Of a DNA stretch of 35,266 bases, positions 8,166-18,243 are shown one piece after another. The translations under genes and the position numbers were made by a program. The stretch lies in contig JBHLPR010000023.1 in the NCBI GenBank assembly GCA_048939245.1, forward strand, positions 1 through 35,266. The letters are read 5' to 3'. Source of the stretch: Promethearchaeota archaeon. GTDB taxonomy: Archaea; Asgardarchaeota; Hermodarchaeia; Hermodarchaeales; Hermodarchaeaceae. Below the pieces are notes generated by a model that saw only the letters and a list, made by a program, of their open reading frames with translations, ran no database searches and was not told where the DNA came from. Each line of letters begins with the position of its first letter. Position 1 is the first letter of the stretch.

Positions 8166-9089
8166 GTGCAAATGGCTTCACAATGCATTAGCTGCCTAAT
8201 TTCACGAGCATTTCAAGAAGTCCAATTAGCAACCACTGACCTCGATATTCAATTAGAAGCAATGAACGAGGTTGTGAATATTCTGCACCTCTCCCTTAAT
8301 CAGGGAGGGCGTCTGGAAAAAATCCCAGCATATGTTGGTACTCGTCGTGATCAGGCAATCCACCGTATCACAGGTTGTGCAGATCCATATGCGCAATTGA
8401 AACAGAAATCCAATGAATCGGCATTGAAGCTAATCCATCCTTTGGAAGATTTTGTTTGGAAAGCTAAAGATTCGCAACAATGTTTCCGGCGAGCCTGTAT
8501 TGCCGCCTCCCTTGGCAATGTCATCGAATACGGGGTCGCGGGACATGAAATTCCATGGGAAAATATGGCGTCACTAATCACGCAGGCTGAAACTGAGTTG
8601 GCTATCGATCAAATACCACAACTTTACAAGTTAGCTCAAAAAGCGAAGCGGACTCTTTATCTGACAGATAACGCAGGAGAGGTCGTGTTTGATAAACTAC
8701 TAATATCAGCACTTGCGAAACTGGGTTCTCGGGTCACTGTGGCGGTGAAAGGAGCCCCTGTGTTAAATGACGCGATGCTTGAAGATGCAAAAGTAGCGGG
8801 CTTAACAGAAATTGCAGAAATAATTACAACTGGTGGTGGTGCGGTCGGGGTCTTACCACAATGGTGTTCAGATGCATTTCTTGATACTTTTAAGGAGGTT
8901 GATTTGGTGATTGCTAAGGGGATGGGACACCATGAAAGTTTACCCGAATTTAATTTGCCTAAACCCACTGCACACCTACTCCGTACAAAATGTCAACCAA
9001 TAGCCCGGTCCCTAAATGTTCCGAAGGATCGAAATATTGTGAAGCTGCTAATTGATCACAAAGGACCACTAGGTCCGCTCCAAAAGTAG
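8166..9089 (+). CDS. DUF89/ARMT1-like damage-control phosphatase
   Basis: N-terminal CISC, DPYAQLK, GNVIE, DNAGEVVFD, LNDA, IAKGMG, TKC; GGAGGT SD before GTG. Confidence 0.9.
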   Translation: MQMASQCISCLISRAFQEVQLATTDLDIQLEAMNEVVNILHLSLNQGGRLEKIPAYVGTRRDQAIHRITGCADPYAQLKQKSNESALKLIHPLEDFVWKAKDSQQCFRRACIAASLGNVIEYGVAGHEIPWENMASLITQAETELAIDQIPQLYKLAQKAKRTLYLTDNAGEVVFDKLLISALAKLGSRVTVAVKGAPVLNDAMLEDAKVAGLTEIAEIITTGGGAVGVLPQWCSDAFLDTFKEVDLVIAKGMGHHESLPEFNLPKPTAHLLRTKCQPIARSLNVPKDRNIVKLLIDHKGPLGPLQK

Positions 9090-9099
9090 AGAATATCTG

Positions 9100-10899
9100 T
9101 TATACTTCATCAGTACTAATGTAGTAATATTCACCACGTTGTTTCTGTTCCCGATCTAATCGACTGTCTTCTTTATTGACCCGAGGTCGGCCTGTAGCAT
9201 GATCCCGCCGGAAGGTTACACCCATCTCTTTGAGAAAAATATTCATCCCTGTTCGGAGGTCAACAGGTGCGTGGCATAGCCCAGTAGTCCCTGGTTCTCC
9301 TGAAAAAACTGATATCGTATCAGCGAAGGCAGAAATCGTTACCATATCATGTTCGACTACAAAGGCAGCTTTCCCCTTATCATGGACAATAGAGCGAATG
9401 ACTTTGGCAGCAGCTAACCGTTGTTCAATATCTAAAAATGCAGAAGGTTCGTCGAAAAGGTAGAGATCAGCGCTTCGGGCTAGACACGCCGCAATAGCTA
9501 TACGTTGAAGTTCACCTCCACTCAGTTCGGTAATCAAGCGATCTTCTATTTTATCGAGTGATAATGGGCGAATAACTTCTGATCTGAATATACTGGTTAA
9601 AACCGAAGCACCACCGACCTCGTGCAGTGCCTCGATGACAGTCTTCTCACTTTCTGCACGGAGATACTGAGGTTTGTAGCTAACTTTGATATCAGTTTCT
9701 GGAATGGAGCCCTCATCAGGTTCCAAGTCCTGAGCAAGGAGGCGAACGAATGTCGTCTTCCCAATACCATTCGGACCGAGGACACCGATTACCTCACCCT
9801 GATGGACCTTACCAGGCATTACTTGAAGATTGAAATCCTCAAACCGTTTTACCATTGCATTATATTCGAAAAGGAGCTCAACAGTGGCCCAGAATTCTTC
9901 GGTAGGAGGTCGAGTTTCAAATCGAATTTCTTCGTTCCGAAAGCGCACATTACTATCAGGCAGAAACCCATTAAGGTAGATATTAATTCCCTCCCGAACC
10001 CCATGGGGATTCGAAACAATTCCATAGACCCCCGGTTCTCCATAAAAAATACAGACATAATCTGAAATGTAATCTGCAACGGCTAAGTCATGAACAACGC
10101 AAACGACCGTTTTGCCTTCCAAAGCCAGGGAACGTATAGCACGAGCTGTGCGAACCCGTTGATACACATCAAGATAAGAGGTGGGTTCGTCAATAAGGTA
10201 GACATCCACATCGCGAGCCATGACAGCACCAATTGCGACGCGTTGCAATTCGCCTCCACTCAGGACGGACACATCGCGATGAAGTATATTTTCGAGTTCA
10301 AGCTGTTTAGTTAGAGTAGATAGTGTTCCTCGCTCATCGGTTGACTCGAGGAGAGATTGAACCGATCCTTTGTACGCTTCGGGAATTGCGGTGACTATTT
10401 GGGGTTTATACGCAACGGTGAGTTCATTTTTAGCAGCTTTTTCAAAATAGGGTTGGAGACCAGACCCACGATAGTGGCGAATGATTTCCGACCAGTCAGG
10501 TGGTTCTTCAAAGTTTCCTAGGTTTGGCTGTAATTGGAGCGCTAGAATTTGTAACGCAGTTGATTTTCCAGTCCCATTAGCTCCAACGAGTCCAGTTACT
10601 GAGCCGGGGGCAGGAACAGGTAAGCGGAATAATTTGAAGCTATTGGGTCCGTATCGATGAGACGTATCAGTTTCCAGTTCATCGGCCAGATTAATGATGC
10701 TTAAGGCCCTAAAAGGACATTTTCGCGTACAAATTCCACAACCGGTACACAGGATTTCAACTATCCGAGGTTGGGCATCCTTTTTTTGTTCAAAGACGAT
10801 GACTTCATCACCCATTCGTTGAGGAGGACAGAATCGCTGACATTCTTTTGTGCACTTGGAAGGATTACAGGCACGGGGATCTAAGACAGCGATTCGCAT
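9100..10899 (-). CDS. abcE1: Ribosome recycling ATPase ABCE1/RLI1
   Basis: Two 4Fe-4S motifs (CNPSKCTKECQRFCP, CTGCGICTRKCP), HRYGPNSFKL, two ABC domains (GANGTGKS, GPNGIGKT, LSGGELQR twice), TFRRD..GRPRVNK. Confidence 0.97.
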   Translation of the reverse strand: MRIAVLDPRACNPSKCTKECQRFCPPQRMGDEVIVFEQKKDAQPRIVEILCTGCGICTRKCPFRALSIINLADELETDTSHRYGPNSFKLFRLPVPAPGSVTGLVGANGTGKSTALQILALQLQPNLGNFEEPPDWSEIIRHYRGSGLQPYFEKAAKNELTVAYKPQIVTAIPEAYKGSVQSLLESTDERGTLSTLTKQLELENILHRDVSVLSGGELQRVAIGAVMARDVDVYLIDEPTSYLDVYQRVRTARAIRSLALEGKTVVCVVHDLAVADYISDYVCIFYGEPGVYGIVSNPHGVREGINIYLNGFLPDSNVRFRNEEIRFETRPPTEEFWATVELLFEYNAMVKRFEDFNLQVMPGKVHQGEVIGVLGPNGIGKTTFVRLLAQDLEPDEGSIPETDIKVSYKPQYLRAESEKTVIEALHEVGGASVLTSIFRSEVIRPLSLDKIEDRLITELSGGELQRIAIAACLARSADLYLFDEPSAFLDIEQRLAAAKVIRSIVHDKGKAAFVVEHDMVTISAFADTISVFSGEPGTTGLCHAPVDLRTGMNIFLKEMGVTFRRDHATGRPRVNKEDSRLDREQKQRGEYYYISTDEV

Positions 10900-10975
10900 T
10901 AGGTATACACTCCTGATTCACCGACAACAATTCCAGTTTTTAGTGTTATGGGTATGCTAATAGATGACCTCCACC

Positions 10976-12355
10976 TTATTGTGAATCAAGCCATATTGCG
11001 CGGTGCCTGAGAAACTTCAGAGCATTTGCAGCTCGCTGTGGAGTGGCAAAATTTGGGATTCCAGCTGCGTTGAGAATTGGAATACCTGATTTCACAATAT
11101 CCTCTGCTAGCCAACAGGTAACAAGAGGCTTCTGTGGATTGGTTTTCTGAGCCCTGACAATGCCCTTTGATATTGCTTCAATATCGGAGAACGCTGTGGG
11201 AACACACAAAAGAAGAACCATATCGACAATCGGATCCTGAAGAAGGAGTTCTGTGGTTCGCTGATAGGTTGATGGTGACCCTTCTGGTCCCAGGTCAACG
11301 GGATTATTCATCGGAGAAACGGGTGGTAGGAAGGACTCAAATTCCTGGATTAATCGTGTCGGAAAAGGTATGACGTCGAGATTTGACCTTACACAGGCAT
11401 CAACAGCAAGAACCCCAGGACCACCACTATTCGTAATGATACCAACGCGCTTTCCATGAGCAAGTTTTGAAGTTGACAAAATGGAACAAGCATCAATGAA
11501 CTCGTCAAGTGAAGACACTTGGAGAATCCCTGCTTGGCGAAAAGCCCCTGCATATAAAGCTTGCACGCCTGCCATTGCACCTGTATGAGACTCAATTGCC
11601 TGAGTAGCTTCTTGCGTTTCTCCGGGCTTTAAAATTATAATGGGTTTTTTTGGTGTTACCGTTTGTGCTACTGAAAGAAAGTCCCGGGCATTTTTGATGC
11701 CTTCAAGATAGCAACCAATTAATTTGGTGGGGACGTGACCACTGAGATAACGAAGGATCTCTTCGGGCCCGATATCGGTAGCATTCCCATAACTTACAAA
11801 CATACTAAAGCCAAGACCGACAGCGCGAGCCATGGCAAGGATAACAGCACACATAGCGCCGCTCTGGGAGATGAATGCCAAAGGACCGGATTGTAGCCGA
11901 TTTTCAAAACTCGCATAGATCCGTTCCTTGGTGGCTGCAAATCCAGCACAATTGGGTCCCAGCATTCTCATACCATATTTTGTTACACGTTTCTCGAGCT
12001 CTTTCTCTGTAGTCACATCACCTAGTTCACTAAATCCAGAGCTCATTACAATGATATTTTTGACATCTTTACGTCCACATTCATCAACTGCATCAAGCAC
12101 ACGGTCTTTACGTAAGACGATGATTGCTAGATCAATCTCGGTTGGAACAGCTGATATTGAAGGATATACGGAGAGTTCTAAGAGAGTCTTGAATCGGGGG
12201 TTAATGGGATAAATTAAACCTTTGAATTTCCCCAAAAGCAAGCTTCTTACAACTTGGTAGCCAATCCGGCTAGGTTTATCAGTTGCACCTATCACAGCGA
12301 TGGACTTAGGTTGAAATAACGAACTTAGAGCTCTTTGTGACACAGAAGACACCAC
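10976..12355 (-). CDS. acdA: ADP-forming acyl/acetate--CoA ligase alpha subunit
   Basis: FQPKSIAVIGA, LGPNCAG, FISQSGA, SYGN, phospho-His SHTGAM, ITNSGGPGVLAVD, NPVDL; lacks the ATP-grasp (beta) part. Confidence 0.88.
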   Translation of the reverse strand: MVSSVSQRALSSLFQPKSIAVIGATDKPSRIGYQVVRSLLLGKFKGLIYPINPRFKTLLELSVYPSISAVPTEIDLAIIVLRKDRVLDAVDECGRKDVKNIIVMSSGFSELGDVTTEKELEKRVTKYGMRMLGPNCAGFAATKERIYASFENRLQSGPLAFISQSGAMCAVILAMARAVGLGFSMFVSYGNATDIGPEEILRYLSGHVPTKLIGCYLEGIKNARDFLSVAQTVTPKKPIIILKPGETQEATQAIESHTGAMAGVQALYAGAFRQAGILQVSSLDEFIDACSILSTSKLAHGKRVGIITNSGGPGVLAVDACVRSNLDVIPFPTRLIQEFESFLPPVSPMNNPVDLGPEGSPSTYQRTTELLLQDPIVDMVLLLCVPTAFSDIEAISKGIVRAQKTNPQKPLVTCWLAEDIVKSGIPILNAAGIPNFATPQRAANALKFLRHRAIWLDSQ

Positions 12356-12472
12356 AGTTTCAGGGTGTAATCAATATTCAGCTCGTGGACAGTTATGGAC
12401 AGGAATAGTCCTGAGTGTTAAAAGATTTGTTGGAAGCCAGCTAATTGATTGGATTGAACCTTTGAAGCCTTG

Positions 12473-13423
12473 CTAAACGAACTGAATAACCTTAGCAATC
12501 TCCCGTTGTCGAGAACGTAGGGTAACTTCGGTAATGCCTAAGGTTGTGGCAACCACTTGTTGTGAACGGGTTTCACCCAATTGCTTGGCAGCTAAGTAAA
12601 TGGCTGCAGCAACATAGCCCTTTGGATCTTTTCCAGAAAGTCGTAGCTTCTGTGATGTGATTCCTAGAATTTCAATTGCTCTCTGTTCAACAGAAGCTGA
12701 TAAGCCCAAAGCGTTGGCAAACCGGGGAACAATTGTAGCTAGATTTTGCTGTTTCGGTTTCAAAGCCAGCGTTTTGACTAATAGCACATAACACCGTTTA
12801 ATGACCCGGTCTTCTTCACCTGAAGTTTTCAAAACACTATCTAACGTTAGCGGAAAACCGCATGTCTTTGCGGCAGCAAACACACACGCGGCAACCATTG
12901 CTTTGATGCTATGCCCTCGCAGAAGATCATGTTTGTAGGCCTTTCGATAATAAATCGCAGCAGTTTCACGGATATGTCCAGGAACACTGAGTTTTTCTGC
13001 TATTCGACGAATTTCAGTAAAAGCAATAGTAAAGTTTCGTCGACGCCAAGTCGAACGAGAGTTCCATCGCATAATCCGTTCAAGTCGACTAGCACGAGCA
13101 GCGGAAATCCCATTTCCGTTTAACCGAGTCGAAACCTTCGTTGATAGACCAAAATCCGGAAGCATCTGAGAAAGAGGTAACCCATTAGTGCTCCGTTGAG
13201 CCTTCTCTTCCGGTGTGAACGCACGGACGCCAGCACGATGATCAATCAACGCCTCTGAGAGGACCATTCCGCATCCAGTGCAAATGAGTTCACCCCGTTG
13301 GGGGTCGTGTACAATATCCTGTGACCCACATTCTTGACAGCGGGTTACATCAGAATGCTTTGTAGTGACTGCTGCATTTTTTGAATACTCTACAGTCAAG
13401 AAGCCTTTAACCTCAAAATCCAA
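12473..13423 (-). CDS. tfb: Transcription initiation factor IIB (TFB), divergent paralogue
   Basis: Zn ribbon CQECGS..GELICTGCG, two cyclin repeats (AAIYYRKA..MVAACVF; GKDPKGYVAAAIYLA), HTH GITEVTLRSR. Confidence 0.93.
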   Translation of the reverse strand: MDFEVKGFLTVEYSKNAAVTTKHSDVTRCQECGSQDIVHDPQRGELICTGCGMVLSEALIDHRAGVRAFTPEEKAQRSTNGLPLSQMLPDFGLSTKVSTRLNGNGISAARASRLERIMRWNSRSTWRRRNFTIAFTEIRRIAEKLSVPGHIRETAAIYYRKAYKHDLLRGHSIKAMVAACVFAAAKTCGFPLTLDSVLKTSGEEDRVIKRCYVLLVKTLALKPKQQNLATIVPRFANALGLSASVEQRAIEILGITSQKLRLSGKDPKGYVAAAIYLAAKQLGETRSQQVVATTLGITEVTLRSRQREIAKVIQFV

Positions 13424-13572
13424 AAGGCGTAAGCGTCTTTTTATAACTCCGCAATAATAGCACCAAAAACATCAACTAACGCTTATAAATGTAGGACTTT
13501 TTGATGATTTTGAGATACCGATGAACTGCTTTTCAAGGAGAAAAATAACTCGTCGCTAATTCTTCTTTTTAA

Positions 13573-14472
13573 TTAGGTGCTTTCGAGTAGCTGTGATAGT
13601 AGCCCTTCTCTGATGCCAGGGAAATAGCTGTGATGTTTTGCTATCTGAACAGTGACGGTCGGAATATGTTCGTGTCGACGAGTGGTTCGAGAAATAGTAT
13701 CCACTTCTGTGAGAGTCTCTGCTGTAAGAAGGCTGACGATAATAGGCGCTTCCACCGAAATATAGGTCTCCCATAAAGAAAGGGAGAAGGTCTCTTGAAG
13801 CCACGAGATAATAGATGTATGATCGGTTGCTCGCTCATCCCATGTTAACCGCATTAAGAAAGGAATACTTCCTGCTGCTCCGAGTTCAATGAGTGCACTG
13901 AACTTAATTGCTTTCCCTTCCAGGATTTCATCGATTAGCTTCCGGACCCGACGAGCAGTTAATCCGGATTGATCGGCAATATCAACAATGGACATTCGGG
14001 GGTCATCTTTTAGTGTCTTCAATACGCGAAGATGGAGTTTCGAGAAGTCCATACTGTAGCCTGGTTGGCTTAACAGTTGGTGGGTCTCGATGGTATGAAC
14101 GCAGTCGAAGCTTCGAAGAAAAGCCCCAACTTCCCAGAGGTCTTGCGAATTGCGGAATTCAGCGATTAGGGCATAGTTTCCTCCGGTATAAGATGCGGCG
14201 GCGATGATTTTGTTGTTCCCGCCAAGTGTGTTAACGAACTCAGCTTCATCTTGTGAACCATCGGTTGTCAGCATGCCATACAAGAGGTTCACGCCGACCA
14301 TTCCAGATGAGACTTGGAGTCTATAACCTGTAATGATTCCCGTTTCCTCGAGTTTTTTTACTCGTTTTTTGATGGCACTAGAAGAGATGGTATATTTGGT
14401 AGCAAGTTCTCGATAGGTGATCCGACAATTTTCAACAAGATCATTAAGAATGCCTTTATCAATTGCATCCAA
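13573..14472 (-). CDS. Tandem Lrp/AsnC-family transcriptional regulator (two wHTH+RAM units)
   Basis: MDAIDKGILNDLVENCRITYRELA..IKKRVKKLEETGII and a second HTH LHLRVLKTLKDDPRMSIVDIADQSGLTARRVRKLI. Confidence 0.85.
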   Translation of the reverse strand: MDAIDKGILNDLVENCRITYRELATKYTISSSAIKKRVKKLEETGIITGYRLQVSSGMVGVNLLYGMLTTDGSQDEAEFVNTLGGNNKIIAAASYTGGNYALIAEFRNSQDLWEVGAFLRSFDCVHTIETHQLLSQPGYSMDFSKLHLRVLKTLKDDPRMSIVDIADQSGLTARRVRKLIDEILEGKAIKFSALIELGAAGSIPFLMRLTWDERATDHTSIISWLQETFSLSLWETYISVEAPIIVSLLTAETLTEVDTISRTTRRHEHIPTVTVQIAKHHSYFPGIREGLLSQLLEST

Positions 14473-14489
14473 CGTTTATCATCTCGGCT

Positions 14490-15839
14490 TCATGAGTCTT
14501 GATGAGAAATATGACCAATTTTCCATTTTGCCTGAGATAGCATATTGGTGGTATCAATCAACCGGTCTTCAATGATAAGAAGCTGAGATTTAGCTTTTTC
14601 ATAGGCTGAATGTTGGGCAATAAGTACAACACAATCAGCGTCCAACGCTTCATCAAAGGACACGGGTGTGAATCCTAACGTGGTAATTTCATTAGTAGTG
14701 AAATGGGGGTCGTGGGCTAAAACTGCTTTAGGGCTGAGTTCCTGGAGTAATTTGAGTATCCGGAGACTGGGAGCAAAACGAGTTTCCTTAACATCAGCTC
14801 TGAAGGAGATACCCAACAGGCTTATCTTTGATCCCTTAACTGATTTTTTGTGGGCGTTTAGACAGCGAATTATTAGGTCAACGGTGTGATAAGGCATACT
14901 ATCGTTGATATAGCGGGCTTGTCGGAGCAGGGCTGGGTTAACACCGGTCTCTTTAGCTTTGTTAATGAGGAACCAGGGATAGACAGGGATGCAATGGCCT
15001 CCGACACCAGCACTAGGACGATGGATCATACAATGTTCACGAGTCCCCTCATTAGCTGCAGCGATAACTTCCCAGACATCAACTCCTATGGATTCACAGA
15101 GCATGGCTAGAAAGTTTGCATACCCGATATTGAGATCCCGAAACGTGCCTTCTGCAACTTTTACCAGTTCAGCGGCAAGGAGTGAGGAGGTTTGAACTAC
15201 CTCACCAAAGACCGCATACACCCCAGCAGCTGCTTTGGTGCTTGCTGCATCAATGCCGCCGACGACTTTGGGGAATTTGTAAAGATTGCGAACGACACGA
15301 CCAACCATAAGTCGTTCCGGGCTATGAGCGAGGCCAAAATCCTTACCAGCAACTAAGCCACTGGTGACTTCCAGAATCGGTTTGATTACCTGTTCTGTAG
15401 CGCCTGGTGGCATTGTAGTGGAAGTTATCACCAGATCGCCTTTTTGTAAGCCTTTTCCTGCCACCTCTGTTGCCCTACGAATAATTGAATAATCTTCCTG
15501 GCCTGTTGAGTTGACCAAAAGGGGCACGAGAAGGATGATGACGTCCGATTCCTCAGCTGCAGCGGTGCCATCAGTGGTTGCACGGAATTTACCGGTTTTC
15601 ACCATTTTCTCAAGGAGTTCGGGAATCTTGGGTTCGCCAATAAGTGGGGATTTTCCTTGATTTATCTGTTCAACAAGTGTCTGATTCGTGCGCACGCCTA
15701 CAACGTTAGCCCCTTCATTTGCGAATGCAATAGCCACTGGGAGTCCCATATTCCCGATACCGACTAAATCTACGGTAACCTCACCTTTGCGGATTGCTCG
15801 TGTAACCGCCGCTGCTGATTTCCCATATACTTTAACCAT
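14490..15839 (-). CDS. Nucleotide-sugar 6-dehydrogenase (UDP-GlcNAc/ManNAc dehydrogenase, WbpA/WecC family)
   Basis: GIGNMGLP Rossmann motif, TTMPPG, HSPER, AELVKVAE, catalytic GVGGHCIP, GISFR..ETR; ATG 15839 preferred (ORF track 15869). Confidence 0.92.
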   Translation of the reverse strand: MVKVYGKSAAAVTRAIRKGEVTVDLVGIGNMGLPVAIAFANEGANVVGVRTNQTLVEQINQGKSPLIGEPKIPELLEKMVKTGKFRATTDGTAAAEESDVIILLVPLLVNSTGQEDYSIIRRATEVAGKGLQKGDLVITSTTMPPGATEQVIKPILEVTSGLVAGKDFGLAHSPERLMVGRVVRNLYKFPKVVGGIDAASTKAAAGVYAVFGEVVQTSSLLAAELVKVAEGTFRDLNIGYANFLAMLCESIGVDVWEVIAAANEGTREHCMIHRPSAGVGGHCIPVYPWFLINKAKETGVNPALLRQARYINDSMPYHTVDLIIRCLNAHKKSVKGSKISLLGISFRADVKETRFAPSLRILKLLQELSPKAVLAHDPHFTTNEITTLGFTPVSFDEALDADCVVLIAQHSAYEKAKSQLLIIEDRLIDTTNMLSQAKWKIGHISHQDS

Positions 15840-15928
15840 CCGGGCAACCTCGCGCACTATGCAAAGCAATCCCGCACTTAAGCATTATTGTTAACAAACT
15901 TTTCATGCGGGAGTAAAAAAGCAGGGTA

Positions 15929-16630
15929 TTAGGTTCTTTTTAGACTGAGCTTGTCAGTAAGAAATGCCATAATCATCGGTATGATGTGATTGAGACGTCG
16001 GGTCCAGAAATGATTCGCTCCTTTAATGATTCGAAGATATTTGTCTTGTATTTGCAGTAGGGCATAGATGGTCTCTGCTTCAACAATGTTGACAGCATCA
16101 TCATTTTGCCCGTGAAGCACGTAAGTGGGACAAGGGACGTATCGAATCGCGTCCTTGATGAGTTCGGATTCCAAATCTGTGATACGAAGTGGTGCACTGA
16201 TGGTGACCAATGCTGCAGGTGTTGCATCCATTGCTGCCGCTAGACTCATACTTCCTCCGAAGCTGTAGCCCAAAAGTGCAATACGCGAATCATCAGTATG
16301 TCTGTGGTTGCGAAGGTAATTTACTGCAGCGATTGTGTCTTGAATTTCACCGATTCCTTGTCCGAAGTAGCCTTGACTTTTTCCTACCCCCCGATAGTTA
16401 AATCGGAGTGTATTGAACCCTTTTGCGACTGCAGCTTCTTGAATTGCAATGATACGACTGTCGTCCATAGAACCTCCAAATAGAGGATGTGGGTGACAGA
16501 GCACTAATCCAGGCTGATTCGATCTTTTTGTTAATGTTAAAAGCCCTTCCAGAGAGAGTTGCGGAGTTGCGATGAAAATTTCTTGTTCTTTTGCTCTGAT
16601 AGATTTTTTGTCCTCCTGTGAACCGAACAC
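15929..16630 (-). CDS. Alpha/beta-fold hydrolase (COG2945-like)
   Basis: CHPHPLFGGSM, LRFNYRGVG, nucleophile GYSFGG, HGQNDD, GANHF. Confidence 0.9.
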   Translation of the reverse strand: MFGSQEDKKSIRAKEQEIFIATPQLSLEGLLTLTKRSNQPGLVLCHPHPLFGGSMDDSRIIAIQEAAVAKGFNTLRFNYRGVGKSQGYFGQGIGEIQDTIAAVNYLRNHRHTDDSRIALLGYSFGGSMSLAAAMDATPAALVTISAPLRITDLESELIKDAIRYVPCPTYVLHGQNDDAVNIVEAETIYALLQIQDKYLRIIKGANHFWTRRLNHIIPMIMAFLTDKLSLKRT

Positions 16631-16807
16631 TCTAAGGCACTTCTCCTGAAGTCATAGGCTGCCATGCATTCGGAGTTATCTCGCCCTTTTAAACCTGCGT
16701 GCCATGCGTCCTTACTTTGAATCAATTCTGAGGTGATTTTGAATACGCAACTGCGCCATATTATTAAGGTCTGATTCGCAGGAGCGCATGTCGGAGGAAA
16801 TTCTGGG

Positions 16808-17713
16808 TTGAAAAAATCAACACTTTACCATGAGCAGCTTGGGTTGAAAGTTATTGACAGCCATTCTCATTATCTCTCTTATGCAACCTTTCAGTCATGG
16901 CAAGTGAGCTCAAAGACGATTAAACGCCGCATCCGCACCCGTACTGATATGAAAGAAGTTGATCCCCCAAAAGTGGATGAAGATTTTGCTTTTCGGTGGA
17001 TTAATGAAATGGATCGATACGGAATTGCCCGAATCGGTATGATGGTGGGTCCTGAATCGTGGCAGGAATTCGCAGAGGCTCTCAGAAGGTTTCCTGATCG
17101 GTTTTACGGTTATGCTAATATCAACCCACTTTTACCAGATGCCGAGGAACAAGCACATTACGTCATTCGTGAACTTGGCTTCCATGGATACAAACTCTAC
17201 CCTGTCCTGCACAACTTTCATACCTATGACAAAGAAGCATACACAATTTACCAGATCGCTGACGAACATAATGTTCCAGTGCTTCATCACTTTGGAATTT
17301 CAATTGGGGCAGGAGTCAATCTGCGATACGGCAACCCGCTAGACTTGCAGCCAGCCGCTCGAGATTTTCCAAACGTTAACTTTGGCATTGCACACCTGGG
17401 TGCAGGAATGTTTCGAGAAACGTTATTGCTCTTCTATCAGCAAGACAACATTTACGTTGATACTTCAGGGTCGAATATCTGGATGCGGTATATTCCCTAT
17501 CCCTCAGATTTGAAAGGGGTTATGGAAAAAGTGCTTGAAGCTGGAGGACCAGAACGTATTATCTTTGGTACGGATAGCTCAATGTTCCCACGTGGATTTC
17601 GATACGATATCCTTGAAAAGCAATTACGTACTCTAAAGGGGCTCAAAGTGTCTGATGAGGATCTACGCAGGATTTTCTCCGAGAACATCCTCTCGATTAT
17701 GGGTGAGAAATGA
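16808..17713 (+). CDS. Amidohydrolase family 2 protein
   Basis: IDSHSH, GYKLYP, PVLHH, IAHLG, YVDTS, IFGTDS; GGAGG SD before TTG. Confidence 0.9.
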   Translation: MKKSTLYHEQLGLKVIDSHSHYLSYATFQSWQVSSKTIKRRIRTRTDMKEVDPPKVDEDFAFRWINEMDRYGIARIGMMVGPESWQEFAEALRRFPDRFYGYANINPLLPDAEEQAHYVIRELGFHGYKLYPVLHNFHTYDKEAYTIYQIADEHNVPVLHHFGISIGAGVNLRYGNPLDLQPAARDFPNVNFGIAHLGAGMFRETLLLFYQQDNIYVDTSGSNIWMRYIPYPSDLKGVMEKVLEAGGPERIIFGTDSSMFPRGFRYDILEKQLRTLKGLKVSDEDLRRIFSENILSIMGEK

Positions 17714-17715
17714 CA

Positions 17716-18186
17716 CTATTCATCATGTTCCTTTTCTGGGTGCTTTTCTTTTGGCTGTTGGCGTTTCAAGGGCTTCTTAGTATCGATGCTGTAGATTGCT
17801 TTTATGTAAAGAAGTCCATCACATCGTGGACAAGGACCGATTTCTCGGAAGATATGGTCACCTGATTCTAATGGTCCTTCAGTTTCAACGCCGCATTTAT
17901 CGCAGGCAACTAGGCGTCGAACTTCTGGGAATTCGAGTTTTGCTGGTGCCCGAGTTCGACGATAGATGAGAACTAGAAAAAGGGCAAGAAGAGCAATGCC
18001 TACCCCCCAAAGAATTAGATTGAACGGCGGACCGTATAGAAAACCCCAAACCAAAAAGACGAATATTAGTGTAATAAGGCAGGCCCACCAAAAGCGTTGG
18101 CCTGGACTTCCTACAGTTAATTCAGGGCCAGGTTCACCAGTATCCTGATTTTGTTTCATTTTGAGAGCACCCAAGGAGTATATCAT
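17716..18186 (-). CDS. Two-TM membrane protein with C-terminal Zn ribbon
   Basis: Hydrophobic FWWACLITLIFVFLVWGFLY and LILWGVGIALLALFLVLIY, then CDKC..GDHIF..CPRC..IKAIY. Start may be ATG 18159. Confidence 0.8.
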   Translation of the reverse strand: MIYSLGALKMKQNQDTGEPGPELTVGSPGQRFWWACLITLIFVFLVWGFLYGPPFNLILWGVGIALLALFLVLIYRRTRAPAKLEFPEVRRLVACDKCGVETEGPLESGDHIFREIGPCPRCDGLLYIKAIYSIDTKKPLKRQQPKEKHPEKEHDE

Positions 18187-18243
18187 GATTTCTGGTCTAA
18201 ATCCAGTTATTTTTATTTCGACGAATACCCTGAAACTTGGATT

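Noticed and set aside
10976-12355. acdA without an adjacent beta subunit
   Set aside because: Separate alpha and beta genes with shared beta subunits are well known in archaea.
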